Source: Salinispira sp.
Lineage (GTDB): Bacteria > Spirochaetota > Spirochaetia > DSM-27196 > Salinispiraceae
Assembly (NCBI GenBank): GCA_965602015.1
Contig: OZ271918.1
Span: 2,272,001 to 2,336,000 of the forward strand
Length of the DNA: 64,000 bases
Reading direction: 5' to 3'
The position numbers and the translations under genes are program-made. Position 1 is the stretch's first letter; every line of letters begins with the position of its first letter. The notes beneath the pieces were generated by a model. The model had not been told where the DNA came from. It saw only the letters and a list, made by a program, of their open reading frames with translations, and did not search any database. Shown piece by piece: positions 1 to 8,920 of this stretch.

Positions 1-192
1 GCGATAAAATCCACTCATCCCTCCAGGCTGAAGCTATTATACGCGCGGGAGAAGCGATGCTACGTTTGCTTTAGGGCTTATTGAGTTGTATCGACAATAA
101 TTTCGGCTACAATACTACCATGAACTGACGTCCTCAAAGGTCACCTCAAGCGCCTATCCATCCTCCAATTTCTAGTATATTTTCTGACATTG

Positions 193-221
193 TTGATCAT
201 CTTTTTCACCTGGTATATGAT
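193..221 (+). promoter_or_regulatory. sigma70-type promoter for the Fe3+ ABC ATPase gene
   Basis: TTGATC (193-198) - 17 nt - TATGAT (216-221), followed by SD AGGAGG (241-246) and GTG at 256. Confidence 0.6.
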
Positions 222-255
222 AACCGGCATTAAACCCTGCAGGAGGATAGCAGCA

Positions 256-1344
256 GTGCAGATCGAGTCCATGCCCCCATTAGTTCGAAGTACCCAAAAA
301 ACACCGGCCCTGGAGCTTGCCGGCGTAAGCAAAAGCTATCCCGGCGGGGTAAAGGCTGTGGACGACGTAAGCCTTACGGTGAACCAGGGGGAGATTCTCG
401 CCCTCCTGGGCCCCAGCGGCTGTGGTAAATCGACGACTCTCAGACTGCTTGCGGGAATTGAGCGCCCGGATTCGGGAGTCATCAGCATCGACGGCCGCCC
501 CGTTGCCGGCGGACCGGGCTTTATCGAACCCGAACATCGAAACGTTGCAATGGTGTTTCAGGATTACAGTTTGTTTCCCCACCTCAATCTCTGGCAAAAC
601 GTCGCATTCGCCATGGGGAAGCTGCCCCGACGGGAACGGAAGGAAAAAAGCAGGGGCTATCTCGCAAAAGTTGGTCTCGAAAATGCTATGGATCGATTTC
701 CACACCAGTTGTCCGGAGGCCAGAAGCAACGGGTGGCCCTGGCGCGGGCGCTGGCGCAGGAACCCGAACTCATTCTCCTGGACGAACCGTTTTCCAACCT
801 CGACGCCAATCTTCGGGAACAGACACGGGAATACGTCATGAGCATCCTCAGGGAGAGCGGAATCACCACAATCCTGGTCACCCATGACAAGGAAGATGCC
901 TTTGCCATCAGCGACCGTATGGCGGTGATGTTCGACGGGTCGATTGTTCAGACCGGCGATACCCGGGACTTGTACGCCAACCCCGCAGACCCCCGGGTCG
1001 CCCGGTTTTTAGGCGCCGGATCGGTAATCGAGGGCAGCGTACAGGGCGAGTCGGTTGTCACTTCCTTCGGCACCTTCCCCCATGACGCTGCGGACCCGGG
1101 CGACGGAGCAATCCTGCTTCACAGGGAAAATATAAAAATCGACATTCATGACTCGGGTTCGCTGGAAATCGGCGGGATGACCTTCCTGGGGAATCGGCAT
1201 CTTATTCAGCTGCTTTCCCCGGACGGTAAAAAGCTCGAAATTTCCGCCAGCGATGCCTCGAATTTATATCCGGGGCGCCGATGCGAACTTCGATGCATGG
1301 AACCGGTGCGGACCTTTACCGCAGAAAAACTAAATAATTCCTGA
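256..1344 (+). CDS. fbpC: Fe3+ ABC transporter ATP-binding subunit
   Basis: Walker A GPSGCGKS, signature LSGGQ, Walker B ILLDE and H-loop. Start moved from 190 to GTG 256 based on the SD and promoter. Adjacent to the iron SBP and permease. Confidence 0.88.
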   Translation: MQIESMPPLVRSTQKTPALELAGVSKSYPGGVKAVDDVSLTVNQGEILALLGPSGCGKSTTLRLLAGIERPDSGVISIDGRPVAGGPGFIEPEHRNVAMVFQDYSLFPHLNLWQNVAFAMGKLPRRERKEKSRGYLAKVGLENAMDRFPHQLSGGQKQRVALARALAQEPELILLDEPFSNLDANLREQTREYVMSILRESGITTILVTHDKEDAFAISDRMAVMFDGSIVQTGDTRDLYANPADPRVARFLGAGSVIEGSVQGESVVTSFGTFPHDAADPGDGAILLHRENIKIDIHDSGSLEIGGMTFLGNRHLIQLLSPDGKKLEISASDASNLYPGRRCELRCMEPVRTFTAEKLNNS

Positions 1345-1391
1345 CTAATTTAGTAATATATATTGCGCTTTTTCTTATGATCAGTTAACTT
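1344..1391 (+). promoter_or_regulatory. internal promoter and AT-rich palindrome upstream of the iron-binding protein gene
   Basis: TTGCGC (1363-1368) - 17 nt - TAACTT (1386-1391). Palindrome ACTAA-T-TTAGT at 1344-1354. Confidence 0.45.
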
Positions 1392-1422
1392 TTTATCAAC
1401 TTACATTTTCTGGAGGCACAAC

Positions 1423-2481
1423 GTGCAGCGATTTGGCGCACTTCTACTAGTTTTTTTTCTGATTACCACCGGTCTGTTTGGCGCAGGCGGAGCGGAGAAT
1501 AACACGGGGCGGAGCGGAACCCCTGTTGTCAACCTGTACTCGGCCCGCCATTACGGTGCGGTCGAGCTGGTTATGGACCGGTTTACCCGGGAAACCGGCA
1601 TTGAAGTCCGGATATCCCAGGGCAGCACCCAGTCCATCGTAGAACGGGTGAGGGCCGAAGGCGACACCACCCCGGCGGATGCAGTAATAACCATCGATGG
1701 GGGAAGCATCGATCTGCTTGCGAATGAGGGTTTCCTGGCTGAGATTCAGTCGGAGGTTCTCAATACCGCAATTCCAGAAAATCTCAAAGATCCTTCCGGC
1801 AGGTGGTTCGGTCTATCCCAGCGGGTGAGAACCCTGGTGTACAACCCCGCTTCGGTCTCGGATGATGAAATTCCCGAGAGCTATGCAGACCTGGCGGACC
1901 CCCGCTGGAGGGGAAGACTGGCCCTGCGGCCGGCCAGCCACATTTACACCATTGCCCTGGTAGCCAGCATTATCGCCAACGAAGGTGAACAGGAAGCCGA
2001 GCGCATCGTCCGCGGCTGGGTCGCCAACAATCCGATATACATCAACAGCGACACCAGAATACTGCAAACCATAGAAGCCGGGGGCGCCGACGCTGGAATC
2101 GCCAACCACTACTACCTCGGCCGTATCCTCGACAACAGCGATCCGGATTTCCCGGTTCAGGTACAATGGGCGAATCAGAACGGAAGCGGTGTGCACCGGA
2201 ATGTTGTGGCCATGGGCATTCTGAAAACCGCCCCGAATGCGGAAAACGCGAAAATACTTCTGGAGTGGCTGGCCACCGAAGGACAAGGAGCGACGGACGA
2301 CACGATTTCCGGCGGAAATCACGAGTTTCCCGCCAATCCCGAAGCCGAAATACATCCGGTAATCGCCTCATTCGGGCCGTGGCAGGTGGACCAACTGCCC
2401 CTGTCGGAATACGGCGCGTACCAGGCAGCCGCTTTGCAGTTGCTTGAACGCACTGGTTATGGCTTTAGCGAATCGAATTAG
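1423..2481 (+). CDS. fbpA: Fe3+ ABC transporter substrate-binding protein (FbpA/FutA family)
   Basis: Signal peptide, VNLYSARHY and ANHYY (twin-Tyr iron ligands), N-terminal SD GGAGG. Confidence 0.88.
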   Translation: MQRFGALLLVFFLITTGLFGAGGAENNTGRSGTPVVNLYSARHYGAVELVMDRFTRETGIEVRISQGSTQSIVERVRAEGDTTPADAVITIDGGSIDLLANEGFLAEIQSEVLNTAIPENLKDPSGRWFGLSQRVRTLVYNPASVSDDEIPESYADLADPRWRGRLALRPASHIYTIALVASIIANEGEQEAERIVRGWVANNPIYINSDTRILQTIEAGGADAGIANHYYLGRILDNSDPDFPVQVQWANQNGSGVHRNVVAMGILKTAPNAENAKILLEWLATEGQGATDDTISGGNHEFPANPEAEIHPVIASFGPWQVDQLPLSEYGAYQAAALQLLERTGYGFSESN

Positions 2482-2502
2482 AAAACCGGCATTCAAAATG
2501 TT

Positions 2503-2535
2503 CCGGCTCGGGGTACGCTCCGGGCCGGCTTTTTT
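2503..2535 (+). terminator. GC-rich hairpin plus U-tract between the SBP and permease genes
   Basis: CCGGCTCGGGG...CTCCGGGCCGG followed by CTTTTTT. Confidence 0.6.
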
Positions 2536-2541
2536 GCGATT

Positions 2542-4185
2542 ATGATAAACGGATTCGGGCGTAAAAGCCTCGTACTGACCATCAGCGCCGTGCTGATTTT
2601 ACCCATCCTCGTAGTGCTATCTCAGCTTCTTACCCCCGACCGGGAAATCTGGTCGCACCTGCTGGCCACCGTTCTGCCCCGGATGGTACGAAACACCGTG
2701 GTGTTGCTGGTTTCAGTCGGCAGCATGAGCGCTTTTCTGGGAACCGCACTGGCCTGGCTGGTAAGCGCATTTCGCTTCCCCGGCCGGAAATTCTTTGATT
2801 GGGCGCTGATGTTGCCGATGGCGATTCCGGGATACATTCTCGCGTTTATCTTCATTGCCACCTTCGACTATGTGGGCATCGTACAGACTACCTACCGTCA
2901 GCTGTTTGGAGCCCGGGCAGCCTTTCCCTCTATCTATACCGGATTCAATGCCAGTCTGGTCATGACTTCGACCCTTTACCCCTATGTATATTTACTGATG
3001 CGCAGCGCATTCAGGAACCAATCTGCCCAGGCATTTGATGCCGCACGGACCATGGGGCACGGGCCCTGGTCCGCATTTTTCAGGGTGGCTTTGCCCCTGG
3101 CCCGCCCTTCGCTGGTTGCGGGAACCGTGTTGGTGCTCATGGAGACCCTGGGAGAGTTCGCCGCAGTGAGATTCTTTAATTACCCGACCCTGAGCGAGGG
3201 GGTTTTTCGGGTATGGGAAGGCATGATGAACCGGGCGGCGGCAATGGAGCTCGCGAGCCTTTTGGCCCTTTTTGGTTTAACCCTGGTAATCCTGGAACGC
3301 CGAACCCGGGGAAAGGCCCGCTACACCACCGGAGGGGGAAAAACCCCCGGAGTGACTCCCCGGAAGCTCACGGGATTCAAGGCCCTGGGAGCGACTGCAG
3401 TGTGCTCGCTGGTTCTCCTCGGAGGATTTTTTCTGCCGCTAATACAGCTGATTATGTGGACTTCCCGGGAGATAATTACCAATGGCCGGGGCGGAACCCT
3501 CAACGTTGCGTTCATCCGGTATCTGAGCACCACCGCAGGGTTCGCCGCCCTTGCCGCCGCAGCGGTAGTGATAATCGCACTTCTTATCAGCAGCATAAAG
3601 CGGCATGCCGGATCTAGCCTCCTGGTACGCTCAGGGGCCACATTGGCAAGCATCGGTTATGCCCTGCCCGGAGCGGTGATTGCCGTGGGCGTGCTGATCA
3701 TAACCACCAACTTCGACGGTTTTTTGCGAAATTCCGGACTCGCCAGAACGACGGTGCTCACCGGATCCATCCTGGGCCTCACCTATGCCTACGCCGTGCG
3801 GTTTATGGCAGTGGGCCACAACAGCCTGGAAGCCGGCTACGCCGCAATTTCTCAGCGCCTGGATGAAAGCGCCAAGACCATGGGAAAAAAGCCCTGGATG
3901 ATCACCGCCTACATCCACATACCCCTGCTGTTCCGCAGCCTGATTAGCGCGGCCACGCTGGTGTTCATCGATGTAATGAAGGAGCTGCCGGTAACCCTGC
4001 TTATCCGTCCCTTCGGCATGGATACCCTCGCCCTGTGGGCATATCTTCTGGCATCCGAGGGATTCTGGGAGTCGGCGGCGGTGCCCTCACTGGTAATCGT
4101 CCTGGTCGGACTGATCCCCGTAGCGATTCTGGTCCGCCTGAGCGGAAAAGGCGAAGATGTACAGGCCGCTGCGGTGATTACCTGA
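2542..4185 (+). CDS. fbpB: Fe3+ ABC transporter permease (two BPD_transp_1 repeats)
   Basis: Many TM helices and two EAA-like loops (DAARTMG, ESAKTMG). Operon context supports the call. Confidence 0.88.
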   Translation: MINGFGRKSLVLTISAVLILPILVVLSQLLTPDREIWSHLLATVLPRMVRNTVVLLVSVGSMSAFLGTALAWLVSAFRFPGRKFFDWALMLPMAIPGYILAFIFIATFDYVGIVQTTYRQLFGARAAFPSIYTGFNASLVMTSTLYPYVYLLMRSAFRNQSAQAFDAARTMGHGPWSAFFRVALPLARPSLVAGTVLVLMETLGEFAAVRFFNYPTLSEGVFRVWEGMMNRAAAMELASLLALFGLTLVILERRTRGKARYTTGGGKTPGVTPRKLTGFKALGATAVCSLVLLGGFFLPLIQLIMWTSREIITNGRGGTLNVAFIRYLSTTAGFAALAAAAVVIIALLISSIKRHAGSSLLVRSGATLASIGYALPGAVIAVGVLIITTNFDGFLRNSGLARTTVLTGSILGLTYAYAVRFMAVGHNSLEAGYAAISQRLDESAKTMGKKPWMITAYIHIPLLFRSLISAATLVFIDVMKELPVTLLIRPFGMDTLALWAYLLASEGFWESAAVPSLVIVLVGLIPVAILVRLSGKGEDVQAAAVIT

Positions 4186-4202
4186 GATCAGGGGCACCCC
4201 AC

Positions 4203-5243
4203 TCACTTCCCGATTGCCCGCAGAATTTTTAGCATGAGCTGATACGGCCTGGCGGGATTGCTCATCTGGTTCAGGCTGCCGGCAATATACAGGTCCCGAT
4301 CGGGTTCATGGAATGCAAACGATCCGGTTGAACCCGAGTGCCCCAACAGCAGCGGCGTTGTGCGAAACATGTTGGTCCAACGGGGAAGCTGGAATTTCCA
4401 CAGGCCCAGCCCGTATTCCATGGGGAAGAACATGGGCACGAACTGTTTTATCAATTCAAAATAAGAGTCTGCGAAGAGTTCTCCGGAGAAATACCCCTGC
4501 ATAAACCGGATAAGGTCCGACACGGTCGATATGATTCCGCCGTCGGCAGCCATACTCGACAGGGCCAGGGGAAATTCCATGGGCTTATATTTGAGGTACA
4601 GGGAAAGCGGGCTCTTTTCCTTTGATTTTTGCTCCCCGTTTACGGCCACCGATGTGCTCCCGAGACTCAGGGGGGAGAAGATTCGCTTCGATAGCTGCTC
4701 TGCCAGGGAGCTGGCGCATACCGTTTCAATTACCGCGCCCAGAAGCTGATAATTGGTATCGGAATAGTACGCTTTGCCGCTGTCCGGAACTGCTGAGGCT
4801 TGCTGTGAGCGCACCGCGTCCAGCACATCCGTAAGGCCGTAGCTGCGGTCCCTGCCTTCGTAAAGCTCCTCCAGCAGCCAGCCCTCATAATAATCTGCAA
4901 TGCCGCTGGTGTGATTTAAAAGCTGACGGATGGTGATTGCCTGTGAGTAGTCCGTACCCCGAAAGACATGCATGCCCTTGAGATCAACACCGGGAAGATA
5001 CTCGCCAACCGGTGTATCCAGGTTTACCAGGCCTTCGTCGATTAGCTGGATGACAACCGTGGCGGTAAAAAGCTTTGTGATGCTCGCCACATAAAAGCGG
5101 TCCCCGGGTCCGGCTCCCGCCGAAACGCCGGAAAAATTCACCCTCCCGTCGCCGGATTTTACCCCGAGTACTAGGTCACCGGCCGAGGATTTTCTCTTTT
5201 CAGAATCAATAATTGCCTGCAGTTTTTCATCGATATTTTTCAC
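4203..5243 (-). CDS. serine hydrolase, beta-lactamase class C / PBP-like family
   Basis: SxxK (ASITK), LLNHTSG, YSD (YxN variant) and GHSG motifs. SD AAGGAG before GTG. No signal peptide. Confidence 0.85.
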   Translation of the reverse strand: MKNIDEKLQAIIDSEKRKSSAGDLVLGVKSGDGRVNFSGVSAGAGPGDRFYVASITKLFTATVVIQLIDEGLVNLDTPVGEYLPGVDLKGMHVFRGTDYSQAITIRQLLNHTSGIADYYEGWLLEELYEGRDRSYGLTDVLDAVRSQQASAVPDSGKAYYSDTNYQLLGAVIETVCASSLAEQLSKRIFSPLSLGSTSVAVNGEQKSKEKSPLSLYLKYKPMEFPLALSSMAADGGIISTVSDLIRFMQGYFSGELFADSYFELIKQFVPMFFPMEYGLGLWKFQLPRWTNMFRTTPLLLGHSGSTGSFAFHEPDRDLYIAGSLNQMSNPARPYQLMLKILRAIGK

Positions 5244-5306
5244 GGGTCTTTCTCCTTGTCCGACACATGGCTACGATCTAGTGCCGGCATTATGGCATAT
5301 ACTGTC

Positions 5307-6038
5307 TCATTTTGCGTTTTTGCCCGCGAAATAACCGTAGGGAACTATCAGCGTCAGATAGCTCAGGGATGCGACGAATATGGGAAATGCACCGGTGAAG
5401 CCCGTCATTCGCAGCAGCATGGTGAACAGGATGATGCCGAGCCCCGCGATTTTCCCGAACTGAAATGCCTGGTATGAAGCCTGGTAGGCCTTGAGTTTTT
5501 CCGCCTCATCCATACTCGCAAAGAAATCTTTTGCAAAGGTTTTCGAAACCGGATCGCCTTTTAAACGGCTGTCGTGTTTCTGGATCCGCCGTATGGTGGT
5601 AATTTCAAACTGACCGATGACCAGTGTGATGACTAAAAACACAATGAGCTTAGTCCAAAACAGTGGTGCATCGGCATCAAAGCTCATACCGAATACCATA
5701 AGGTTCAGAATCATTGCGACATTATTCAGCCCGATGACGGTGTTGAGGAAGCGGCCGCCCCGTTTTTCCAAGTCGTCGGCAATGTGGTCTTCCGCACCGT
5801 CGGCCCGGGAAAGCACGGCCTTCCCTTTGAAGTACAGGATTGTCTCGGGGATAAAAAAGCCCAACGCAATGCCGATCATAATGTACAAACTGTTTCGCTC
5901 AAATGCCCGGAGCACCACGGGAGCGAACTGCTCTACCAGGGCTTGACGGCCCTGCAGGAGAATAAAGGCGACAACTGCGCCGATAAGCGCACTGGCAGTC
6001 ATCAATGCGGTGATTTTGGCAATGGTTCTGCTATTCAT
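5307..6038 (-). CDS. membrane protein, DUF3169-like
   Basis: Multiple TM segments and a MDEAEK...YQASY motif. Start ATG 6038 overlaps the XRE gene end, a typical XRE + DUF3169 pairing. Confidence 0.65.
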   Translation of the reverse strand: MNSRTIAKITALMTASALIGAVVAFILLQGRQALVEQFAPVVLRAFERNSLYIMIGIALGFFIPETILYFKGKAVLSRADGAEDHIADDLEKRGGRFLNTVIGLNNVAMILNLMVFGMSFDADAPLFWTKLIVFLVITLVIGQFEITTIRRIQKHDSRLKGDPVSKTFAKDFFASMDEAEKLKAYQASYQAFQFGKIAGLGIILFTMLLRMTGFTGAFPIFVASLSYLTLIVPYGYFAGKNAK

Positions 6039-6246
6039 AATACCTGTCCTCGCGATATTCAAACAATTCCTCCACCGACACGCTGAAAATCTCGGAGAGT
6101 TTAAGAGCCAGGGTAACCGAGGGGTTGTATTCCCCCCGTTCAATCGAACTGATGGTCTGGCGGGATACCCCCGCCAGCTTCCCCAGTTCCCCCTGGTTGA
6201 TGCCCAGCCGCGCCCGATGGATTTTTAAGGAATTTATCAACGGCAT
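6031..6246 (-). CDS. XRE-family HTH transcriptional regulator
   Basis: 71 aa, NQGELGKLAGVSRQTISSIERGEYNPS HTH_3 signature. Confidence 0.92.
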   Translation of the reverse strand: MPLINSLKIHRARLGINQGELGKLAGVSRQTISSIERGEYNPSVTLALKLSEIFSVSVEELFEYREDRYYE

Positions 6247-6298
6247 ATGTACTACCTCACCTTATTCCGTTGCCGACGGCTATCCGCCTTGCCCATCA

Positions 6299-7483
6299 TC
6301 ATGATTTGGCAAGTATCCGCTCACTATTATAAATCCGGCTGGTTATCCAGGTCAGCCCCATGACAATGAGCACATTCACCGAGACGGTGAGAACGAGGCT
6401 GAGCAGGGTTGCCTGACTTAACAAGATCGCCTTGATGGTAAAAATCAGGTTGAGAACCGGCACGGCGTACAGGGCCAAAGAAGCAGCGGGGTCCATGCTC
6501 ATGGTGACCACGCCGATGACGATTACCAGGAGGTAGAGAGGGCCGATATAACCCTGGGCCTCTTTCATGCTTCCGGCCATGGACCCGAGCAGGACAATGA
6601 GAGTGGCCGCAAGCCCCGCCCCGCTCAACAGGACCAAAAGCAGCGATATGACCGAAAGGGGACTGAGAATCACAGTCCCCGAGAAGGCCCCGCCCCCCAG
6701 GAGCAGGGAATTCAACCAGAAGGCCAGCAGCAATCCGGCAAAACTCATTGCGGCGTTGACCAGGGAGGAAGACACGACGAAGGCGATCTTTCCCAGGGCG
6801 ATTGAAGAACGGGAAACCTGGTTCACCAAAAGGGAGCTGAAGCTTCCCCGCTCCTTCTCTCCGGCAGTCGTGTCGATTCCCATGGACATGCTACCGGCAA
6901 AGAGGTACACGATTATCGCATAGGGTAAAAAGAGAGCCAGGAAGTTCGCCCCCTGGGATTCCACCGGGGCTGTGTCTGCCGTTACCACCCGGAGGCTCTC
7001 GAGTTCATCCATGCTCAGACCGTATTCCGCAAGCCGCCTGTCGCTGATGGTTCGGGTGTAGCGGCCAAGGGCCCGCCTGATAATTTCTGCGGCATAGCGC
7101 TGATCAGAAGAGGTGGAACTGGCATAGATTTCTACCCGGGCTTCATCACCCTGGGAAAAACCTTCAGGGAACACAACCCATATGTGATCACTTCCCAACT
7201 GCGCTGGGTCTGCTCCCGGCATGGGAGGCTGGGTCTCGGGAACGGTGAACGAGAGATTTTCCGCAAGGATGCCGGCGAACTGCTCCCCGTCGGCATTGAC
7301 AATGCCGATGGAGTACACCTGCTCTTGTAAATCGCCGGCCTGCATGTTCTCGAAAAATGAAATGGCCCCGAATATGAGCGGCATCATTATAAAGGGAAGG
7401 ATGTAGTTGGAAAAAATCGCCTTCCGGTCCTTGGCAACGTTTTCGACTTCTTTCTTGAATATGATAAATGCATCCTTAAGCAT
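6299..7483 (-). CDS. natB: ABC-2 type permease, NatB-like
   Basis: AGEKERGSFSSLL motif, with an N-terminal TM, extracytoplasmic loop and C-terminal TMs. True start MLKDAF at 7483 overlaps the ATPase stop. Confidence 0.8.
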   Translation of the reverse strand: MLKDAFIIFKKEVENVAKDRKAIFSNYILPFIMMPLIFGAISFFENMQAGDLQEQVYSIGIVNADGEQFAGILAENLSFTVPETQPPMPGADPAQLGSDHIWVVFPEGFSQGDEARVEIYASSTSSDQRYAAEIIRRALGRYTRTISDRRLAEYGLSMDELESLRVVTADTAPVESQGANFLALFLPYAIIVYLFAGSMSMGIDTTAGEKERGSFSSLLVNQVSRSSIALGKIAFVVSSSLVNAAMSFAGLLLAFWLNSLLLGGGAFSGTVILSPLSVISLLLVLLSGAGLAATLIVLLGSMAGSMKEAQGYIGPLYLLVIVIGVVTMSMDPAASLALYAVPVLNLIFTIKAILLSQATLLSLVLTVSVNVLIVMGLTWITSRIYNSERILAKS

Positions 7484-8240
7484 ATGCTTCCTCCATAGTT
7501 GAGTCCTGTTGCTGTGCCAGGTGAAAAAAAACCTCTTCGAGATTCGGTTTCTCGTAGCGCTCCATGAGCTCTTCCCTCGCACCCTCGGCCACCAGTTTGC
7601 CGTCAAGCAGAATTCCAATGGTGTCGCAGAGTTTTTCCGCCTCGGCCATAATGTGGGTGGAGAGCATGACAGTTTTGCCCCTGAGCTTGCAATCATTCAG
7701 AAAGTCCACAACGGTCTTGGCTGCGAGAATATCCAGGCCGGAGGTGGGCTCGTCAAACATAATGACATCCGGATCATGGATGAGGCTCACGGCAATATTG
7801 GCTTTCTGCGTCATTCCGGTGGAGAGTTTCGAAACCGGTTTATCCAAAAAAGCCCGCATGTCGAGGTAGTCTGCCAGCTCGTCGATGCGGCGGGCAGATT
7901 TTTCACGCTCCATGCCATTCAAGTCGCCGAAAAAATAGAGCAATTCCCGGGGACTCAGATTTCCCGAGAGTTTCATATCTCCGGTGAGAAAGCCGATGCT
8001 GTCTCTCACCTTTCTGGGCTCGGTGCGCACATCATATCCTTCTACGGATATCTCGCCGCTGTCGGCTTTTAACAGGGTGGAAATGCAGCGCAGGGTCGTT
8101 GTCTTTCCTGCGCCATTGGGCCCCAGCAGTCCATAAATCTTTCCGGGCGACACGGAAAAACTCACGTTATCCACGGCGGTGTGCCGGTCTTTCCGTCTTT
8201 TTACGGCAAAGGTTTTCCGCAAACCGTTAACTTCAATCAT
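7476..8240 (-). CDS. natA: ABC transporter ATP-binding protein, NatA-like
   Basis: GPNGAGKT, LSTGM and FDEPTSGLD motifs. Start MIEVNG at 8240 follows SD AAGGAG. Confidence 0.85.
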   Translation of the reverse strand: MIEVNGLRKTFAVKRRKDRHTAVDNVSFSVSPGKIYGLLGPNGAGKTTTLRCISTLLKADSGEISVEGYDVRTEPRKVRDSIGFLTGDMKLSGNLSPRELLYFFGDLNGMEREKSARRIDELADYLDMRAFLDKPVSKLSTGMTQKANIAVSLIHDPDVIMFDEPTSGLDILAAKTVVDFLNDCKLRGKTVMLSTHIMAEAEKLCDTIGILLDGKLVAEGAREELMERYEKPNLEEVFFHLAQQQDSTMEEAYA

Positions 8241-8260
8241 GTGAATACTCCTTTCTGCTA

Positions 8261-8333
8261 TGACAATAGTAATTGTCAATATGACAAGTATGTTTGTCAG
8301 TGATATACTAATCATGACAATTTTACTTGTCAA
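8261..8333 (-). promoter_or_regulatory. sigma70 promoter overlapped by three TGACAA-N6-TTGTCA operators
   Basis: Palindromes at 8261-8278, 8282-8299 and 8315-8332. Minus-strand TTGACA (8333-8328) - 17 nt - TAGTAT (8310-8305). Confidence 0.85.
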
Positions 8334-8529
8334 GTTATAGAAAAAGAATTGCGATCATTTGAATACATTATGAAGTACGGGGTACATATCTACGTGATTG
8401 ACGGCTTAGAGGCGGACTCACCTGATAACACAGTCTTTACGGATTTGTCATTTTGGGATGACCGGCCATTGACTATCAATCGATATAAATTTAACGTAAT
8501 CAAACCAGGTTAATAAAAGGAAGGCACAA

Positions 8530-8889
8530 ATGAAACGATTTATCGAGCCCATTTTGCTGGTGGCCCTGGAAATTGTCGTATTGCTTACCCTGCCGTTCGA
8601 CCTCTCGATGATGTTCCTGCTGTGGACGGTCTCGTTCGCCTACTTTTTCGTGAGAAGGGCGGTAAACCAGAATGAAGGGGTAATGAAGGCCAGAGGGCAC
8701 AAGGTACTGGCATCGAACTTCATAACCAGCCCATACGACACCCACACTCTTCAAAAGGGAATCGAGCTTGAAAGCAAGGTGAACAACGGCAACCGGGAGC
8801 CCCTGCAGGTTAAATGGATTCACCTGGGCCTGAGCCTGGCAAACGCTGGAGCGCTGGCGCTGCTGCTTTTGGGCGTTATACCGAACTAA
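8530..8889 (+). CDS. small hypothetical membrane protein
   Basis: 119-aa ORF with SD-like AGGAAGG and three hydrophobic segments, directly upstream of the two-component genes. Confidence 0.6.
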   Translation: MKRFIEPILLVALEIVVLLTLPFDLSMMFLLWTVSFAYFFVRRAVNQNEGVMKARGHKVLASNFITSPYDTHTLQKGIELESKVNNGNREPLQVKWIHLGLSLANAGALALLLLGVIPN

Positions 8890-8920
8890 AGAGTCCGTCG
8901 GCCGTCGGCCGTCGGAAAGC

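Noticed and set aside
1..190. Divergent gene at the window start (minus-strand TATACT and GGAGG near 160-180)
   Set aside because: The frames following the SD close within a few to about 20 codons, so no gene can be supported from this window.
4203..5243. True beta-lactamase resistance gene
   Set aside because: It has no signal peptide and has YxD instead of YxN. Only the fold family can be supported.
6038..8333. Extended N-termini in the ORF track (6143, 7696, 8333, also 190, 10083, 27242, 44515, 60941)
   Set aside because: They overlap neighbouring genes or promoters. Internal starts with SD sites or stop/start overlaps fit better.
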